IMG/VR virus record: IMGVR_UViG_3300021979_000004
Location: 128,001-192,000 of that record
Direction: 5' to 3' (one strand)
DNA: 64,000 bases
Source of the DNA: a virus
Taxonomy: Duplodnaviria > Caudoviricetes
The translations under genes and the position numbers were made by a program. Shown here piece after piece: positions 1 through 9,806 of this stretch (position 1 is its first letter; every line of letters starts with the position of its first letter). Under the pieces are notes generated by a model. The model was not told the DNA's origin, ran no database searches, and was given only the letters and a program-made list of their open reading frames with translations.

Positions 1-175
1 GGTAGGCAGTGGTTATGAATATGCCCTCGGTGCTATGGACACTATCTTTTCTAAGCGTGATCGTAATCTTATGTCAGTAGAAGAAGTGGTTGCAGTACTG
101 AAAGATGTAATGGTTACTGTTTCAACGTACTGCCCAACTGTTGGTAGCGATTGCGTAGCAATTGTTGTAGAATAA
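1..175 (+). CDS. 3' end of HslV/proteasome-beta-like (Ntn) peptidase, truncated by window start
   Basis: Manual translation from nt 2: VGSGYEYALGAMD...CVAIVVE*; GSGxxxALGAM is typical of the HslV-like family; absent from the ORF track. Confidence 0.6.
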   Translation, partial: VGSGYEYALGAMDTIFSKRDRNLMSVEEVVAVLKDVMVTVSTYCPTVGSDCVAIVVE

Positions 176-177
176 TA

Positions 178-202
178 AAATAGGACTCAATGAGTCCTAT
201 TT
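178..202. terminator. Bidirectional intrinsic terminator
   Basis: AAATAGGACTC-AAT-GAGTCCTATTT between convergent genes. Confidence 0.75.
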
Positions 203-823
203 CTTTTCTGGTTTATTGTATTCTCCAAGTAACGCATTCCTATCAAATACTTCACTTGTATCGTCTTCGTCGTCTCCCGACTCATCATAACCATCATTTG
301 AACCATAACCTATATCTTTTGTTTTAGGTTTATTCATATCGTAGTCTTGCTTTTCTTTTCTAAGTTGAAGCTTAGCCATTTCTATTTCACGATCCATAGC
401 AGAATTTTTAGCATTAAGTGCAATATCTAGAAGCTTAGTAGCACTGGCTAGATACTTTGAACCAGCATTTGCTTCCATAGTCATTGCCACGGTCATAATT
501 TCGTCAAACTTATTCATTGCGGTTTGGTGAATATTATCAACATCGGTGTGGTATTTCTTAAGACTCTTAAGTTGACGCTTCTGCTCTTCCAGTTCATCTA
601 GCTTTCTTTGTGTTTCAGCTATTTGTTTTTTAAGAGCTTCAGGGTTTTCTATTTCATCCTCATCCCAATCAGAGTTTTCTATCTCAGCAAGATAATCTTT
701 CATATCATCTAACTCTTCAGTTTCATCTTTAGAGTTTTCGATATTCTCATTACTGAATTCTTTATTGATATCATCTATTGAAGGAAGGTTGAACGTTTCT
801 TCCAACGGAGTTTTATTTGACAT
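197..823 (-). CDS. Acidic coiled-coil late protein, possible terminase small subunit
   Basis: Last gene of the late operon after the gp4-like gene; helical-hairpin core followed by FDRNALL, loosely like gp16. Confidence 0.3.
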   Translation of the reverse strand: MSNKTPLEETFNLPSIDDINKEFSNENIENSKDETEELDDMKDYLAEIENSDWDEDEIENPEALKKQIAETQRKLDELEEQKRQLKSLKKYHTDVDNIHQTAMNKFDEIMTVAMTMEANAGSKYLASATKLLDIALNAKNSAMDREIEMAKLQLRKEKQDYDMNKPKTKDIGYGSNDGYDESGDDEDDTSEVFDRNALLGEYNKPEKK

Positions 824-830
824 GTTTCAC

Positions 831-1313
831 CTATCGTCTTCTTTGTTTCGGACGGTTCTTTTTAATACCTTTACTATATTTAGTATTGCGATATATGTCT
901 GCTTCTGTGATTATACGAAACTTGATACCACGTTTTTTACAAAATATTTTGGCAGCTTCCCATTTAGCCTGATTGATAACAAATGCTTCTTTGTCTTTTT
1001 TACTTCTAGCATACTTAGGGTTTGCCTGTTCCATCGGTTTAACTTCTACTATCTCAGTGAATTTTCTACCACGAGCATCCATATAAATTATAAAGAAGTC
1101 AGGAACATAGTTTGAAATCTTCTTAGTAAAAGGATGGCGATATTTTATTGATAATGACTCTGATGCCCAAAATACAACGTTAGGATGTTGGTCGCACATT
1201 TCGCACATTTTGAGTTCCCAACTAGAACGGTATGTTATTTTGTTTATATTATCGCCAATATATTTTTCTTTGTTCTGAGGGTAGAATCTACCCTTGTGCC
1301 ATTTATTAGCCAA
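831..1313 (-). CDS. Head completion nuclease, T4 gp4-like (TnsA-like PD-(D/E)xK)
   Basis: YRSSWE, WASE, YxPDF, EVKP and NxAKWEAA motifs. Confidence 0.9.
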   Translation of the reverse strand: MANKWHKGRFYPQNKEKYIGDNINKITYRSSWELKMCEMCDQHPNVVFWASESLSIKYRHPFTKKISNYVPDFFIIYMDARGRKFTEIVEVKPMEQANPKYARSKKDKEAFVINQAKWEAAKIFCKKRGIKFRIITEADIYRNTKYSKGIKKNRPKQRRR

Positions 1314-1584
1314 TTATGGACCTCCGAATAAATTTATTCGGTATCATCTGTTTGCGTCTCTTAGTTACAAAAGACGTATTTGGTCTGTTCTCGTTTATTA
1401 CATCAACCATTTCTTTTGTAATCTTTTCGCCATCGATACCTTTTTCAAGAAACTCAATAGCATTAAGACCATTTTTATTACAATAGTTTATGACCGCAAC
1501 AACTCGACTATCAATGTCATATGAATTGAACCCTTGCTTAAGAAGAATTCCTTTTATTTGATCATGATATTTTTTGTTTTCCAT
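1306..1584 (-). CDS. Hypothetical late protein
   Basis: ORF overlap-coupled to neighbours in the structural operon. Confidence 0.6.
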   Translation of the reverse strand: MENKKYHDQIKGILLKQGFNSYDIDSRVVAVINYCNKNGLNAIEFLEKGIDGEKITKEMVDVINENRPNTSFVTKRRKQMIPNKFIRRSIIG

Positions 1585-2798
1585 TAGAATAAACCTCCCA
1601 AGAATCCACCGACACCACCAGCAGCGCCTGTGGCTACGTTTACGCCCTGTTCTGCAACCGCACGTTCTAGTGGGTTATCAGAGTTCAAAGAGTCTTCAGC
1701 GACTTCGATAGCCTCTATCTCGGCCAATCTAATCATGCTTTGTGCAGCAGCATTGTCTAGATCAATGTCACGTCCTCCATCAACAGGTCTAGCTCCCGGT
1801 TTCAATTCATCAGCGTTTGCATATGGGTTTGAAACATCAGTATCTTGAAGACCACGGCTTAAGTTATTTAAAACTTTTTCTGCTTGGTTTAAGAAGTCGT
1901 CATATGTCATGTTTATATTAGTCATGTCAATGTGTTCATATTCTATATTACAGGTTGCATTTAACTGTTCATCATTTTCATAACTTAGTTCATCGTAAAC
2001 AAATGATTTAATCATTGGGTTTACTACTCGTATTTTCTTAGCACCATCTGCCCAGAAAAAGTATATAGATATAGCGTTAATAAACTGCTTTTCATCACGG
2101 TCACTGTTATGACCAAAATGATAATTTGTTTCAGATACTTCAAAATCATTGTAGTAATATGACATGTACTCTTTATATAAGTCCATGATACTAATTTTAT
2201 CGTCATCTTCTTTATAGTTTCTATATATGTCACCAAACCTACACGTTATTGGTGTATATATTATTCTACGTGGTACGTTACGGTGATGATTATATTGGTT
2301 TACTTTTTCCAACTCTATTTCAGCACTAGGAAATGTCATATTTTTTAGCAAGTAAGATGTACTTCTTGGGTACTTAGAACCAAGCCGTTTGCTATTAGGA
2401 ACAATGGCCGTATTGAATTCAAAGTCCACAAGAAATAAGCTTTTAGTCATTGGATGACTAGTATTATACTTATATTGTGCGTCTTGAACTACTGTGTTGA
2501 AAAATTCGTCATTACCATAAGAATATGAATCTAAGAACTTTTTCTCTTCACGCAAGGAAGCTACGTTGCCGTTGTATTGCGGCGGAACAATCTGTTCGCC
2601 CGTTCCTAGAAACGAATCGACAATACTGTTTACACCGGATAGACCAACCGCAACCAAGGCATTTTCTCTCGCACCGTCCGCACGACGTGTTGCTTGATCA
2701 GCAGCACCCTTGGCGATACCACCAAATATGTTACCACCTCTCTCTGATACTCTGGATAGAAAGTCACGATTGCCATCGTCTTGTTGAAAATATGCCAT
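1584..2798 (-). CDS. Tail-tube-fold protein (gp19/gp54/gp48-like baseplate-tube junction)
   Basis: FLVDFEF...LLKNMTFPS...PITCRFGD tube-fold pattern; Gly/Ala-rich termini. Confidence 0.6.
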   Translation of the reverse strand: MAYFQQDDGNRDFLSRVSERGGNIFGGIAKGAADQATRRADGARENALVAVGLSGVNSIVDSFLGTGEQIVPPQYNGNVASLREEKKFLDSYSYGNDEFFNTVVQDAQYKYNTSHPMTKSLFLVDFEFNTAIVPNSKRLGSKYPRSTSYLLKNMTFPSAEIELEKVNQYNHHRNVPRRIIYTPITCRFGDIYRNYKEDDDKISIMDLYKEYMSYYYNDFEVSETNYHFGHNSDRDEKQFINAISIYFFWADGAKKIRVVNPMIKSFVYDELSYENDEQLNATCNIEYEHIDMTNINMTYDDFLNQAEKVLNNLSRGLQDTDVSNPYANADELKPGARPVDGGRDIDLDNAAAQSMIRLAEIEAIEVAEDSLNSDNPLERAVAEQGVNVATGAAGGVGGFLGGLF

Positions 2799-2815
2799 CT
2801 AATTCTCCTAAAATA

Positions 2816-3712
2816 TTATGGTAAGTAATCTGTATAAATGCTAGAGTTTGATTCGTCGGAATCATCGTCTGATGAAAAGAAACTAGAAGCACCAGATTTA
2901 ACTTTGTCTAACAGTTGTCCGCCTGCATCTGTAGCACTATCTACAAAACCACCTACGGTATCCCCTATGTCATCAAATAGTCCGCTTTCTTCAGCAGGTC
3001 TACCACCACCGGGGGTATTATTGCCTCGTCTTCCATCGTTACCATCGTCATATGCATATGTTGATGGAAGGATTAAACGTTGTTCTTGAGAAACATCAAA
3101 ATAGTCAAACGCACAGCTTATTGTTAATTTAGCAACACCAGCCCCATCATCATAAGAGTTAGCAACGTTTTCTATGTTATCAATTGTACAACCATAAAAA
3201 GTCCAAGTTTCTAAAGACTTATGGTTGGTACGTCCATCCATTACTTGCATTACACAAGTAAACTTAGTATCTATACCAAGGTATGGAGATTTTTCAAATC
3301 TCTGTGTAATTGGATGGAATTTGTAAGTTTGCTTTTTAGCTTGAGCATATACTTTAGATATTACTGAGTTGGTAATATCGTCACGAATAACCATAGTAAA
3401 GTTTTCATGCTTTAATCGACCGGAGTATTTTGCTCTACCAATAAAGCTGTTGGTTTCTTGTGTTCCAAAATTCAATGTTGGTCTGGTAAAAGATTCGACC
3501 ATGCTGGTAAGAACAGAAGAAGGTAAAACAACATCTTTATCAACATTACTAAGGCCATCTTCATTATTAACCGCAGCAGTTGATCTAAGGTCACCAAAAT
3601 CTAATAAAAATACTCTGAATCTACTATTAAACTTTGGTTGTATTAATGCACCACGCTCATCATCTGTGGTACTTATTGGAACACCATACTTATCTAACTT
3701 ACCAAAGCTCAT
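2816..3712 (-). CDS. Tail-tube-fold paralog
   Basis: QPKFNSRFRV...VESFTRP...FTMVIRDD, shared with the two neighbouring genes. Confidence 0.75.
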   Translation of the reverse strand: MSFGKLDKYGVPISTTDDERGALIQPKFNSRFRVFLLDFGDLRSTAAVNNEDGLSNVDKDVVLPSSVLTSMVESFTRPTLNFGTQETNSFIGRAKYSGRLKHENFTMVIRDDITNSVISKVYAQAKKQTYKFHPITQRFEKSPYLGIDTKFTCVMQVMDGRTNHKSLETWTFYGCTIDNIENVANSYDDGAGVAKLTISCAFDYFDVSQEQRLILPSTYAYDDGNDGRRGNNTPGGGRPAEESGLFDDIGDTVGGFVDSATDAGGQLLDKVKSGASSFFSSDDDSDESNSSIYTDYLP

Positions 3713-4473
3713 TATTCGTCTCCATCGCCATCAAAGAATCCTCTTACACTATTCGTAACACTATTTACACCTGAACTAATTGCGTTAGTTGCTTGGTCTG
3801 TAAGTTGTGATAGTGCGCCGGGACCATCGTTTGGAATGATAGATGGTGGTGGCGTTGCCATTGTAGAAGCGTTGCTTGTGACATACCAGAATAATTGTTG
3901 TGCAGATTCAATACCGTTTACTTCAGAGTAGTATCCACCAAGATAGTCATATGAAATAACCAGAGGAATTTCATTAAAAGTACCTTCAGCGTAATTCAAT
4001 GATCCGAAGTCTGCGCTTTCTATAAAGCAACCTTCTAATCTAAAAGCGTCAACGGCTCTTATTTCATTTACACCATCTAGGGTTTCTATAACCATAGTGA
4101 ATTTTGAAGCACCACCACTCACAGCAAAACGTCCTTCATTGAAGTCATATTGCTTTTGAAGTTGTGCAGCAACAGCGCTACTTAGAGTGTTTGCGATATC
4201 GTCTCTAAAAGTAACCGTGATATTTTCAAATTTAGGTTTATTGAAAACTTTTATTGATCCAGCATATGTACCTAGTTCAGTAGATTCAAAGGTTATCTTT
4301 GGTCTACCTACACTTATTACTTGTTGTGTGGAATCAAACGAATAGGAGGCTGATTCCAGCCCCCCAAAGTTTACAAATCTAACTCTAAATTTAAACCTAA
4401 GTTTAGGCTGTATTGTTACATCCCTTGGGCTTAAACCATCCATCGGGATTCCATATTTAGCATATAGTGCCAT
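3712..4473 (-). CDS. Tail-tube-fold paralog
   Basis: QPKLRFKFRV...VISVGRP...ITVTFRDD. Confidence 0.75.
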   Translation of the reverse strand: MALYAKYGIPMDGLSPRDVTIQPKLRFKFRVRFVNFGGLESASYSFDSTQQVISVGRPKITFESTELGTYAGSIKVFNKPKFENITVTFRDDIANTLSSAVAAQLQKQYDFNEGRFAVSGGASKFTMVIETLDGVNEIRAVDAFRLEGCFIESADFGSLNYAEGTFNEIPLVISYDYLGGYYSEVNGIESAQQLFWYVTSNASTMATPPPSIIPNDGPGALSQLTDQATNAISSGVNSVTNSVRGFFDGDGDE

Positions 4474-4487
4474 TTATGACCCCTTAA

Positions 4488-5159
4488 TTATACAGCAGAG
4501 TTATTACCATCAACCGCGTCTTGGAATTCGAAGCTCTCAAGTGCTGTAGAGTTAGTGTAGCTAACGTCTTGACTTGAACCCATTGCATTAGTAATGTGGA
4601 ACACGTTGTCTGGACGTAGTGTTAGTGCTATCTGTACAGGCTCACTTGTAGCATAGTTTAGTGAACCCCACTCTACGTTTGTTAGCCAGCAGCCAGTAAT
4701 GAACCATGCTTCGATAATCTCAGCACCAGAACCACCACCTTGAGGCCAATCGGCATCGCCGTTTGAACCGTTAAGCATCATGATTTTAGTGTTAAATTTA
4801 ATTGCACCAGCACTTGGAGCATGACTTTGATGAAATGCGTTGTGCTGACGATCAAGCTGTGCTTGGATTAGACCACTCACAGTATTATTAGCATCGTTAC
4901 GTAGGTTTACGTTGAATGTACCTAGAGTATGCTTGCCAGCTACATAGTAACGGGAAACATAGCTTTCAATTGGTACTGCTTCTTGTTCGAATGTTGGAAT
5001 GGTCACATCGATAACGTTCTTAGTTGCAGCGAACGTATCAGTAACACCACCCATACCGTCAAACTCAATTTTGAAGCGGTATTGTAGTTTTGGTTGAATC
5101 TGGGATTCCATTTGACTGTTGTCGTTAGGAACACCATACTTATCAAATACACTAGCCAT
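4488..5159 (-). CDS. Tail tube protein (gp19-like), probably the major one
   Basis: QPKLQYRFKIEF...VTIP...FNVNLRND...WFITGCW...LNYATSE; own late promoter and strong RBS. Confidence 0.8.
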   Translation of the reverse strand: MASVFDKYGVPNDNSQMESQIQPKLQYRFKIEFDGMGGVTDTFAATKNVIDVTIPTFEQEAVPIESYVSRYYVAGKHTLGTFNVNLRNDANNTVSGLIQAQLDRQHNAFHQSHAPSAGAIKFNTKIMMLNGSNGDADWPQGGGSGAEIIEAWFITGCWLTNVEWGSLNYATSEPVQIALTLRPDNVFHITNAMGSSQDVSYTNSTALESFEFQDAVDGNNSAV

Positions 5160-5195
5160 ATTTAAAATTCTCCATTTTGTAATCTATTATATTGT

Positions 5196-5203
5196 TATTT
5201 ATG
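5196..5203 (-). promoter_or_regulatory. T4-type late promoter (CATAAATA)
   Basis: TATTTATG on + strand about 40 nt upstream of the tube gene. Confidence 0.65.
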
Positions 5204-5215
5204 CTTGAAAACGTA

Positions 5216-5764
5216 TTATCGATTATTACGAATATCTTCTTCCAAGCGCTGTAATCTGTCTTGCATTCTTTTCAAACTGTAATCAATGTCTTTCTTGTAC
5301 AGTTCATAATCCTGTCTGTTTTGATAAACATCGCTTAAATCTTTGGTTATTTCATTAAGCTGTACGTTTATATTTAAAAGCTTTTGTTGTAGCTCAGCAT
5401 CACCAATGCGCTTATCTGTATCATAGGTGCTTTCTAAATCTTCTATACCAGACTCAAGTTCACGAATATTTTCATAAAGTGTTTTGTTGTTTAAGTCTTG
5501 GTCTGACTTTATGTTTTCATAAAAGGTGACCAATTCATTTTGTGTATTTTCCAAACTGTCTAGCCTTCCATTGACACTAGACCACCATAGCGTACCGACC
5601 ACAATAACCGTAATTATTGCGCCAATAACACTTGTTGCTGTACTAGGAGTGAATACAGCATTCTTATCACCTTCAAACAAGCTTATAAGGCTAGCTCTAG
5701 TGCTTTCGTTGTTCCTCTCGTCTTTTATTTCATCGAGAAGGTCTTTATCTTTGTCGTATGACAT
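5216..5764 (-). CDS. Single-pass membrane protein with long coiled coil
   Basis: Hydrophobic VIGAIITVIVVGTLWW followed by heptad-rich tail. Confidence 0.6.
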   Translation of the reverse strand: MSYDKDKDLLDEIKDERNNESTRASLISLFEGDKNAVFTPSTATSVIGAIITVIVVGTLWWSSVNGRLDSLENTQNELVTFYENIKSDQDLNNKTLYENIRELESGIEDLESTYDTDKRIGDAELQQKLLNINVQLNEITKDLSDVYQNRQDYELYKKDIDYSLKRMQDRLQRLEEDIRNNR

Positions 5765-5777
5765 GGTTTCCTATGTC

Positions 5778-6458
5778 CTAAATAAATATATCATCCCAAA
5801 TGAAGTCGTTGATGAAATCTTTAATTCTTTCGTCTTCTCCGTTGATTATGTAAAATGAATTACATTTCAACATGATTTCATTACCATTTCGGAATGCTTC
5901 TTTGAAATTGTTTTTTTCGTAATCACCATTTTCTAATATAGCTAATACTATCTCTTTATATTTAGAAGGACTTTCTGCTTTTACATCTTCTAAAAATTTC
6001 TTTACACCTTTGTATGATTCGAGGTCATATCCTTCTGGGATACCAAACTTCTTTTTATATATTTCAGCTTTTTGCATCCATCCCATTTCTAGGAATAAGT
6101 CTGTGTAATTATTACTATTGATTATGCTAAACTTACCTACTGGAAATACGTAATGGATTGAACCATACTTACTTGCCAATCCCCTATTGGTAGTGACGAA
6201 TACAGTATTTGTTCTTGCTGCTACATTAAACTTCTCTTTGAACCACTCGTTAGAAATTTGATGGTCTTCTGCATCCATACTCATTGGCTTAGGACGTTGT
6301 TCTACTTTTATTTTTGTCAACGTGTCATATGGTTGTGCTGATCCTCTTAATAGCGGCCTTTTAATACCATTACGTGCAAGCTCTTTGAGTAATGTCAAAT
6401 AAGGTTTGCATTTATTTAAGAGAATTTCTTCAATCAGGATATCGTCGTCATCGAACAT
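5778..6458 (-). CDS. ADP-ribosyltransferase-like protein
   Basis: LLRG ... VFVTTN ... YVFP ... NEIML gives an R-S/T-E order; similar to 52997..53791. Confidence 0.45.
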   Translation of the reverse strand: MFDDDDILIEEILLNKCKPYLTLLKELARNGIKRPLLRGSAQPYDTLTKIKVEQRPKPMSMDAEDHQISNEWFKEKFNVAARTNTVFVTTNRGLASKYGSIHYVFPVGKFSIINSNNYTDLFLEMGWMQKAEIYKKKFGIPEGYDLESYKGVKKFLEDVKAESPSKYKEIVLAILENGDYEKNNFKEAFRNGNEIMLKCNSFYIINGEDERIKDFINDFIWDDIFI

Positions 6459-6468
6459 TATAAGTACC

Positions 6469-6476
6469 TATAAATA
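6469..6476 (+). promoter_or_regulatory. Late promoter TATAAATA
   Basis: Exact T4 late consensus 20 nt before the AGGAG-preceded ATG at 6497. Confidence 0.75.
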
Positions 6477-6496
6477 GTTGTTAAGGAGATAAATCT

Positions 6497-7906
6497 ATGC
6501 GTCTATCAAAATTATTACTAGAAACCCAAGTATCAGATGTCTTTTCAGACACATTTGAAACTTTTATTTCTGACTATAATGTTATTTATTCGAGAAACTT
6601 GTTTGTGGTTTTCAGCAACAAAGAAGTTTCTGACCCTTCAGATTTGATGGTTGATTCAGGTACAAACCTACCAATAGCGTTCCCTCTACAATCCGTAGTT
6701 GATAATCCTTCTCAATATGTGGATTATGCAGAGTACAAATACTTATACGTTATTCAGATTGAAGGTAGTGTGTTCCATTTAAAGAATATTAAACTATCTC
6801 ATGTAAAAGAAATTTCTAAGAGAATAGGTCTTTCTAAAGAAGATTTTGATTTTATGATTTCTAAGTTTAGCGACAACTACAAAACATCTAACCCAAGCAT
6901 AGAGAGTTACATGTTTAGTAAATTATTGTTTAACGATGTCGAAATAAAAGATGAAGAAATTAAGTTAACAAAAGTTAGTAACAATACTGTTGTTAGACGC
7001 TTAAAGAAGCTAGGTATATCTGCACTTGTACAAGATCAGGACTCGGGAAGTAATTTGATTTCAACAACACATAAGAACGTTGCTGTAGTAAGTGGTAAGT
7101 CTTTTAATGTGAAGTCTGAATATCTATTGCAAAAAGAACCGAAAGAAGAAATTCAAAAACGAATCAATGACGATTCATACCTATACTTCAGAGACAACAA
7201 ATATATGCGAGGTGTGGCTGAGCAGATTGCTAAAGGGTTAGGAACCAAGCTAAACTCCGATCCTGCATACACACTATTCTTGGATTATTATTTCTGGACT
7301 GTCGATGGTATTGAAATAGTAATCACAGTAGCTTTCGGTAAAGAAGAAGAGTCTGATGATCACGACAATGTTTATTATGTGATAGAAGCTGACACACCTT
7401 ATGGTGTTTTGGTACACAGGGTCCATACTGACGACAGTCTTGATAGTATTGAGAAAGAGATTGCGAACGTATACAGTTCACATGTTGTTCCTAACGACGA
7501 TTGGGAACCTACTAACAGAGACATATTCCTTGATACTGAGCGAAGAGAATATAAACTGTTTGATGTACACTACGATGACGTTGTTAGTGTTGTCGATGAG
7601 TTCTACCCGATTATTCAAAGTTTAGGCAGACAGTATTCAATAGCATTGCCTGCACTAACATACTTTGGTAATTTTGATAAAATCTTTATTCATCAGTTTA
7701 TAGAGTTCATTGCTTCAAACCCTACGCCTCCTGTACAGTTGATGAAAGAACTTGAAGAAAAGGATTATGATTTCAACCAACTGTTCTTCATGCCTATGCC
7801 AAAGAAGATGTCTGTGGATATTTTGAAGAATATTGCTATGATCTATTCAATTGTTAAGGAAAGACGACCCAACTCCAACGGCTGGCACTTATTTAAAGAC
7901 AAGTAA
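6497..7906 (+). CDS. Hypothetical late protein with capsid-targeting-like N-terminus (MRLSKLLLE)
   Basis: Late promoter, RBS, N-terminal L-x-E motif; no recognised domain. Confidence 0.55.
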   Translation: MRLSKLLLETQVSDVFSDTFETFISDYNVIYSRNLFVVFSNKEVSDPSDLMVDSGTNLPIAFPLQSVVDNPSQYVDYAEYKYLYVIQIEGSVFHLKNIKLSHVKEISKRIGLSKEDFDFMISKFSDNYKTSNPSIESYMFSKLLFNDVEIKDEEIKLTKVSNNTVVRRLKKLGISALVQDQDSGSNLISTTHKNVAVVSGKSFNVKSEYLLQKEPKEEIQKRINDDSYLYFRDNKYMRGVAEQIAKGLGTKLNSDPAYTLFLDYYFWTVDGIEIVITVAFGKEEESDDHDNVYYVIEADTPYGVLVHRVHTDDSLDSIEKEIANVYSSHVVPNDDWEPTNRDIFLDTERREYKLFDVHYDDVVSVVDEFYPIIQSLGRQYSIALPALTYFGNFDKIFIHQFIEFIASNPTPPVQLMKELEEKDYDFNQLFFMPMPKKMSVDILKNIAMIYSIVKERRPNSNGWHLFKDK

Positions 7907-7909
7907 ATC

Positions 7910-7938
7910 TTGACAGTTTCCAAACCTAACGGTAGACT
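7910..7938 (+). promoter_or_regulatory. Sigma70-type early promoter
   Basis: TTGACA-17 nt-TAGACT. Confidence 0.7.
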
Positions 7939-7968
7939 ATCTCCTAACTCAACATTAGGAGATTTTTT

Positions 7969-8319
7969 ATGAGTAAAGCATATCAAGAAAAAGTACGGCA
8001 TATTCGGGGATTCAAAGTATCTGGTGAGTTCGGCATTCAGAATACTTACTTTACTGTGGTTTCCCGTAAATTGGATGAAAATACAGTTCAGTACCAAGTA
8101 GCGTATTGTTCTCCACATGATACTTTCGTAAAGAAAGAAGGCATTCGTATTGCACGAGACAGCGAAAAGGTCTATACTGTTGATATCAACGATGGGGCAA
8201 CCTTCAAGGATATTAACTTTGCTATTATTGTAGACATGGTTAAGAACCGTGAAGATGCACCAAAAGCTCACCGTTCCTACCTTGAAACAATCTTTGATTC
8301 ACTGGTAGAGGGATTCTAA
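7969..8319 (+). CDS. Hypothetical phage protein
   Basis: AGGAGA RBS; AYCSxxDxFxKKxG motif common in phage ORFs. Confidence 0.7.
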   Translation: MSKAYQEKVRHIRGFKVSGEFGIQNTYFTVVSRKLDENTVQYQVAYCSPHDTFVKKEGIRIARDSEKVYTVDINDGATFKDINFAIIVDMVKNREDAPKAHRSYLETIFDSLVEGF

Positions 8320-8331
8320 ACGAGGTAATTT

Positions 8332-8577
8332 ATGCTAACAACTGCACTGACATATATCATTCTGGCCGCAGCATTGTTTGTTGTGTATACGTATATGACT
8401 AGTCCAATGAGCTTAAGCTTTATGGGTAAGCCAAAATACAAAGGCTTGGGATACTTGGCAGTCTTTGCTGTATCGTTAATAACAATTGTGCTTATTGAAT
8501 GTATCAGTGCAGTGCTTAGTCTCTTTGGGATCAAAGAAGATTTGGCTCAAGAAATTTACGATCATAAGAAGGACTAA
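8332..8577 (+). CDS. Small two-TM membrane protein
   Basis: GAGG RBS; two hydrophobic segments. Confidence 0.65.
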   Translation: MLTTALTYIILAAALFVVYTYMTSPMSLSFMGKPKYKGLGYLAVFAVSLITIVLIECISAVLSLFGIKEDLAQEIYDHKKD

Positions 8578-8589
8578 TCAGTCCTTCTT
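8566..8589. terminator. Bidirectional terminator
   Basis: AAGAAGGACT-AATC-AGTCCTTCTT between convergent genes. Confidence 0.7.
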
Positions 8590-9369
8590 TCTTTTCTGTC
8601 CTTCCCCTCTACTTAAGAGGTTCCATTTTATATTTGATTTATCGAATGTACCTAACTTAGTTTTAAATTTTTCAACACCATCGTCGTCTAGCATCTGTTT
8701 GTATCTAGCTTTCCTATTTGATAGCTCATCATTAGTAAACTTACCAATGTTATCAAAGTCGATACCTTTCATTATAGCAACTTTATTATCAGTATAATCA
8801 CCGGTAGTGAAGTAAGTACATATTTGTCCTACGATTTCAGTAAAAAATACTGGCTTTAGTCGTTTAGGTAAAAGCTTGGTGTGTGATAGATATGTGTTCA
8901 TTTCGCCACGCACGGTAAAACTATTTTTACTAAAGCGATAGTCTTTATAATTAGGAGTCTTTTCATAATTATTTTTCGCTAACATCTTAGCAAACTCTTT
9001 TTCATTTGGAAGATGGTGTCCAACAAAGTCATGCACTGCACGAAGAATGTCATTTTCAACACCTGTTAAACCGGGATGGTCATCATCTGATGGAGTTTTG
9101 AAAATCTTCATCCTATTATTGACAATAATATCATACATCATTTCTTTTTGATTTTTGTATGGATCGCGTGAAGTATATTGGATATCAACCTTTTTCATTA
9201 TTTTACCAAGCATCTTTTCGTTATGTCTGGCTACTTCTTTCCAAAGGCTTGCAACATTTTCATCATATGTTGGCAACTCTTGGTATTCTTCGGCAACGAC
9301 AATGCAATATGCAACTAAATCATTACCGTTTGTTACTATTGATTCGTTAAGTACGTCATTTATTCTCAT
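8578..9369 (-). CDS. Putative zincin-like metallopeptidase (HDxxGH type) with capsid-targeting-like N-terminus
   Basis: RAVHDFVGHH ... RGEMNTYLSH ... TEIVGQ; starts MRINDVLNE. Confidence 0.5.
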   Translation of the reverse strand: MRINDVLNESIVTNGNDLVAYCIVVAEEYQELPTYDENVASLWKEVARHNEKMLGKIMKKVDIQYTSRDPYKNQKEMMYDIIVNNRMKIFKTPSDDDHPGLTGVENDILRAVHDFVGHHLPNEKEFAKMLAKNNYEKTPNYKDYRFSKNSFTVRGEMNTYLSHTKLLPKRLKPVFFTEIVGQICTYFTTGDYTDNKVAIMKGIDFDNIGKFTNDELSNRKARYKQMLDDDGVEKFKTKLGTFDKSNIKWNLLSRGEGQKRKKD

Positions 9370-9797
9370 GGTGTGTTCTTATACCTTTCTACTATACCCT
9401 CAAGAATATGATACTTTGTTTCGAGGGTTTTCTTTAATCCTTGGTGAATATCTATTTTTCCAATGCAATTCAAAGGTAACCATATAAAATCATTTGTCTC
9501 TCTACTGGATATCTTGAAGTCGTCAAACTTCTCAACAACCATAACAAATGAGTAATAAACAAATTTCCTATCGTCACTTAGAAAAACATCTAATGGAAAG
9601 AGCTTGTCAAATTCAGGGTAAGTACCAAGCTCTTCTTTTATTTCTCGTTTTAAGCCTTGGGCGAAGTTCTCACCTCTTTCGAGCTTTCCGCCCCAGAATC
9701 CCCACTTCAGAGGGTGTGATGATGTTTTTGAGCGTTGCTGCAACAAAAACATATCTTTATCTTTGTCGTAAATTAAACATCCTACACATTTAATCAT
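9366..9797 (-). CDS. NUDIX hydrolase
   Basis: GGKLERGENFAQGLKREIKEELG Nudix box. Confidence 0.92.
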   Translation of the reverse strand: MIKCVGCLIYDKDKDMFLLQQRSKTSSHPLKWGFWGGKLERGENFAQGLKREIKEELGTYPEFDKLFPLDVFLSDDRKFVYYSFVMVVEKFDDFKISSRETNDFIWLPLNCIGKIDIHQGLKKTLETKYHILEGIVERYKNTP

Positions 9798-9806
9798 GTT
9801 ACCTTC

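Noticed and set aside
5216-5764. Holin or spanin call for the TM/coiled-coil protein
   Set aside because: No endolysin or lipoprotein partner is adjacent, and topology alone is insufficient.
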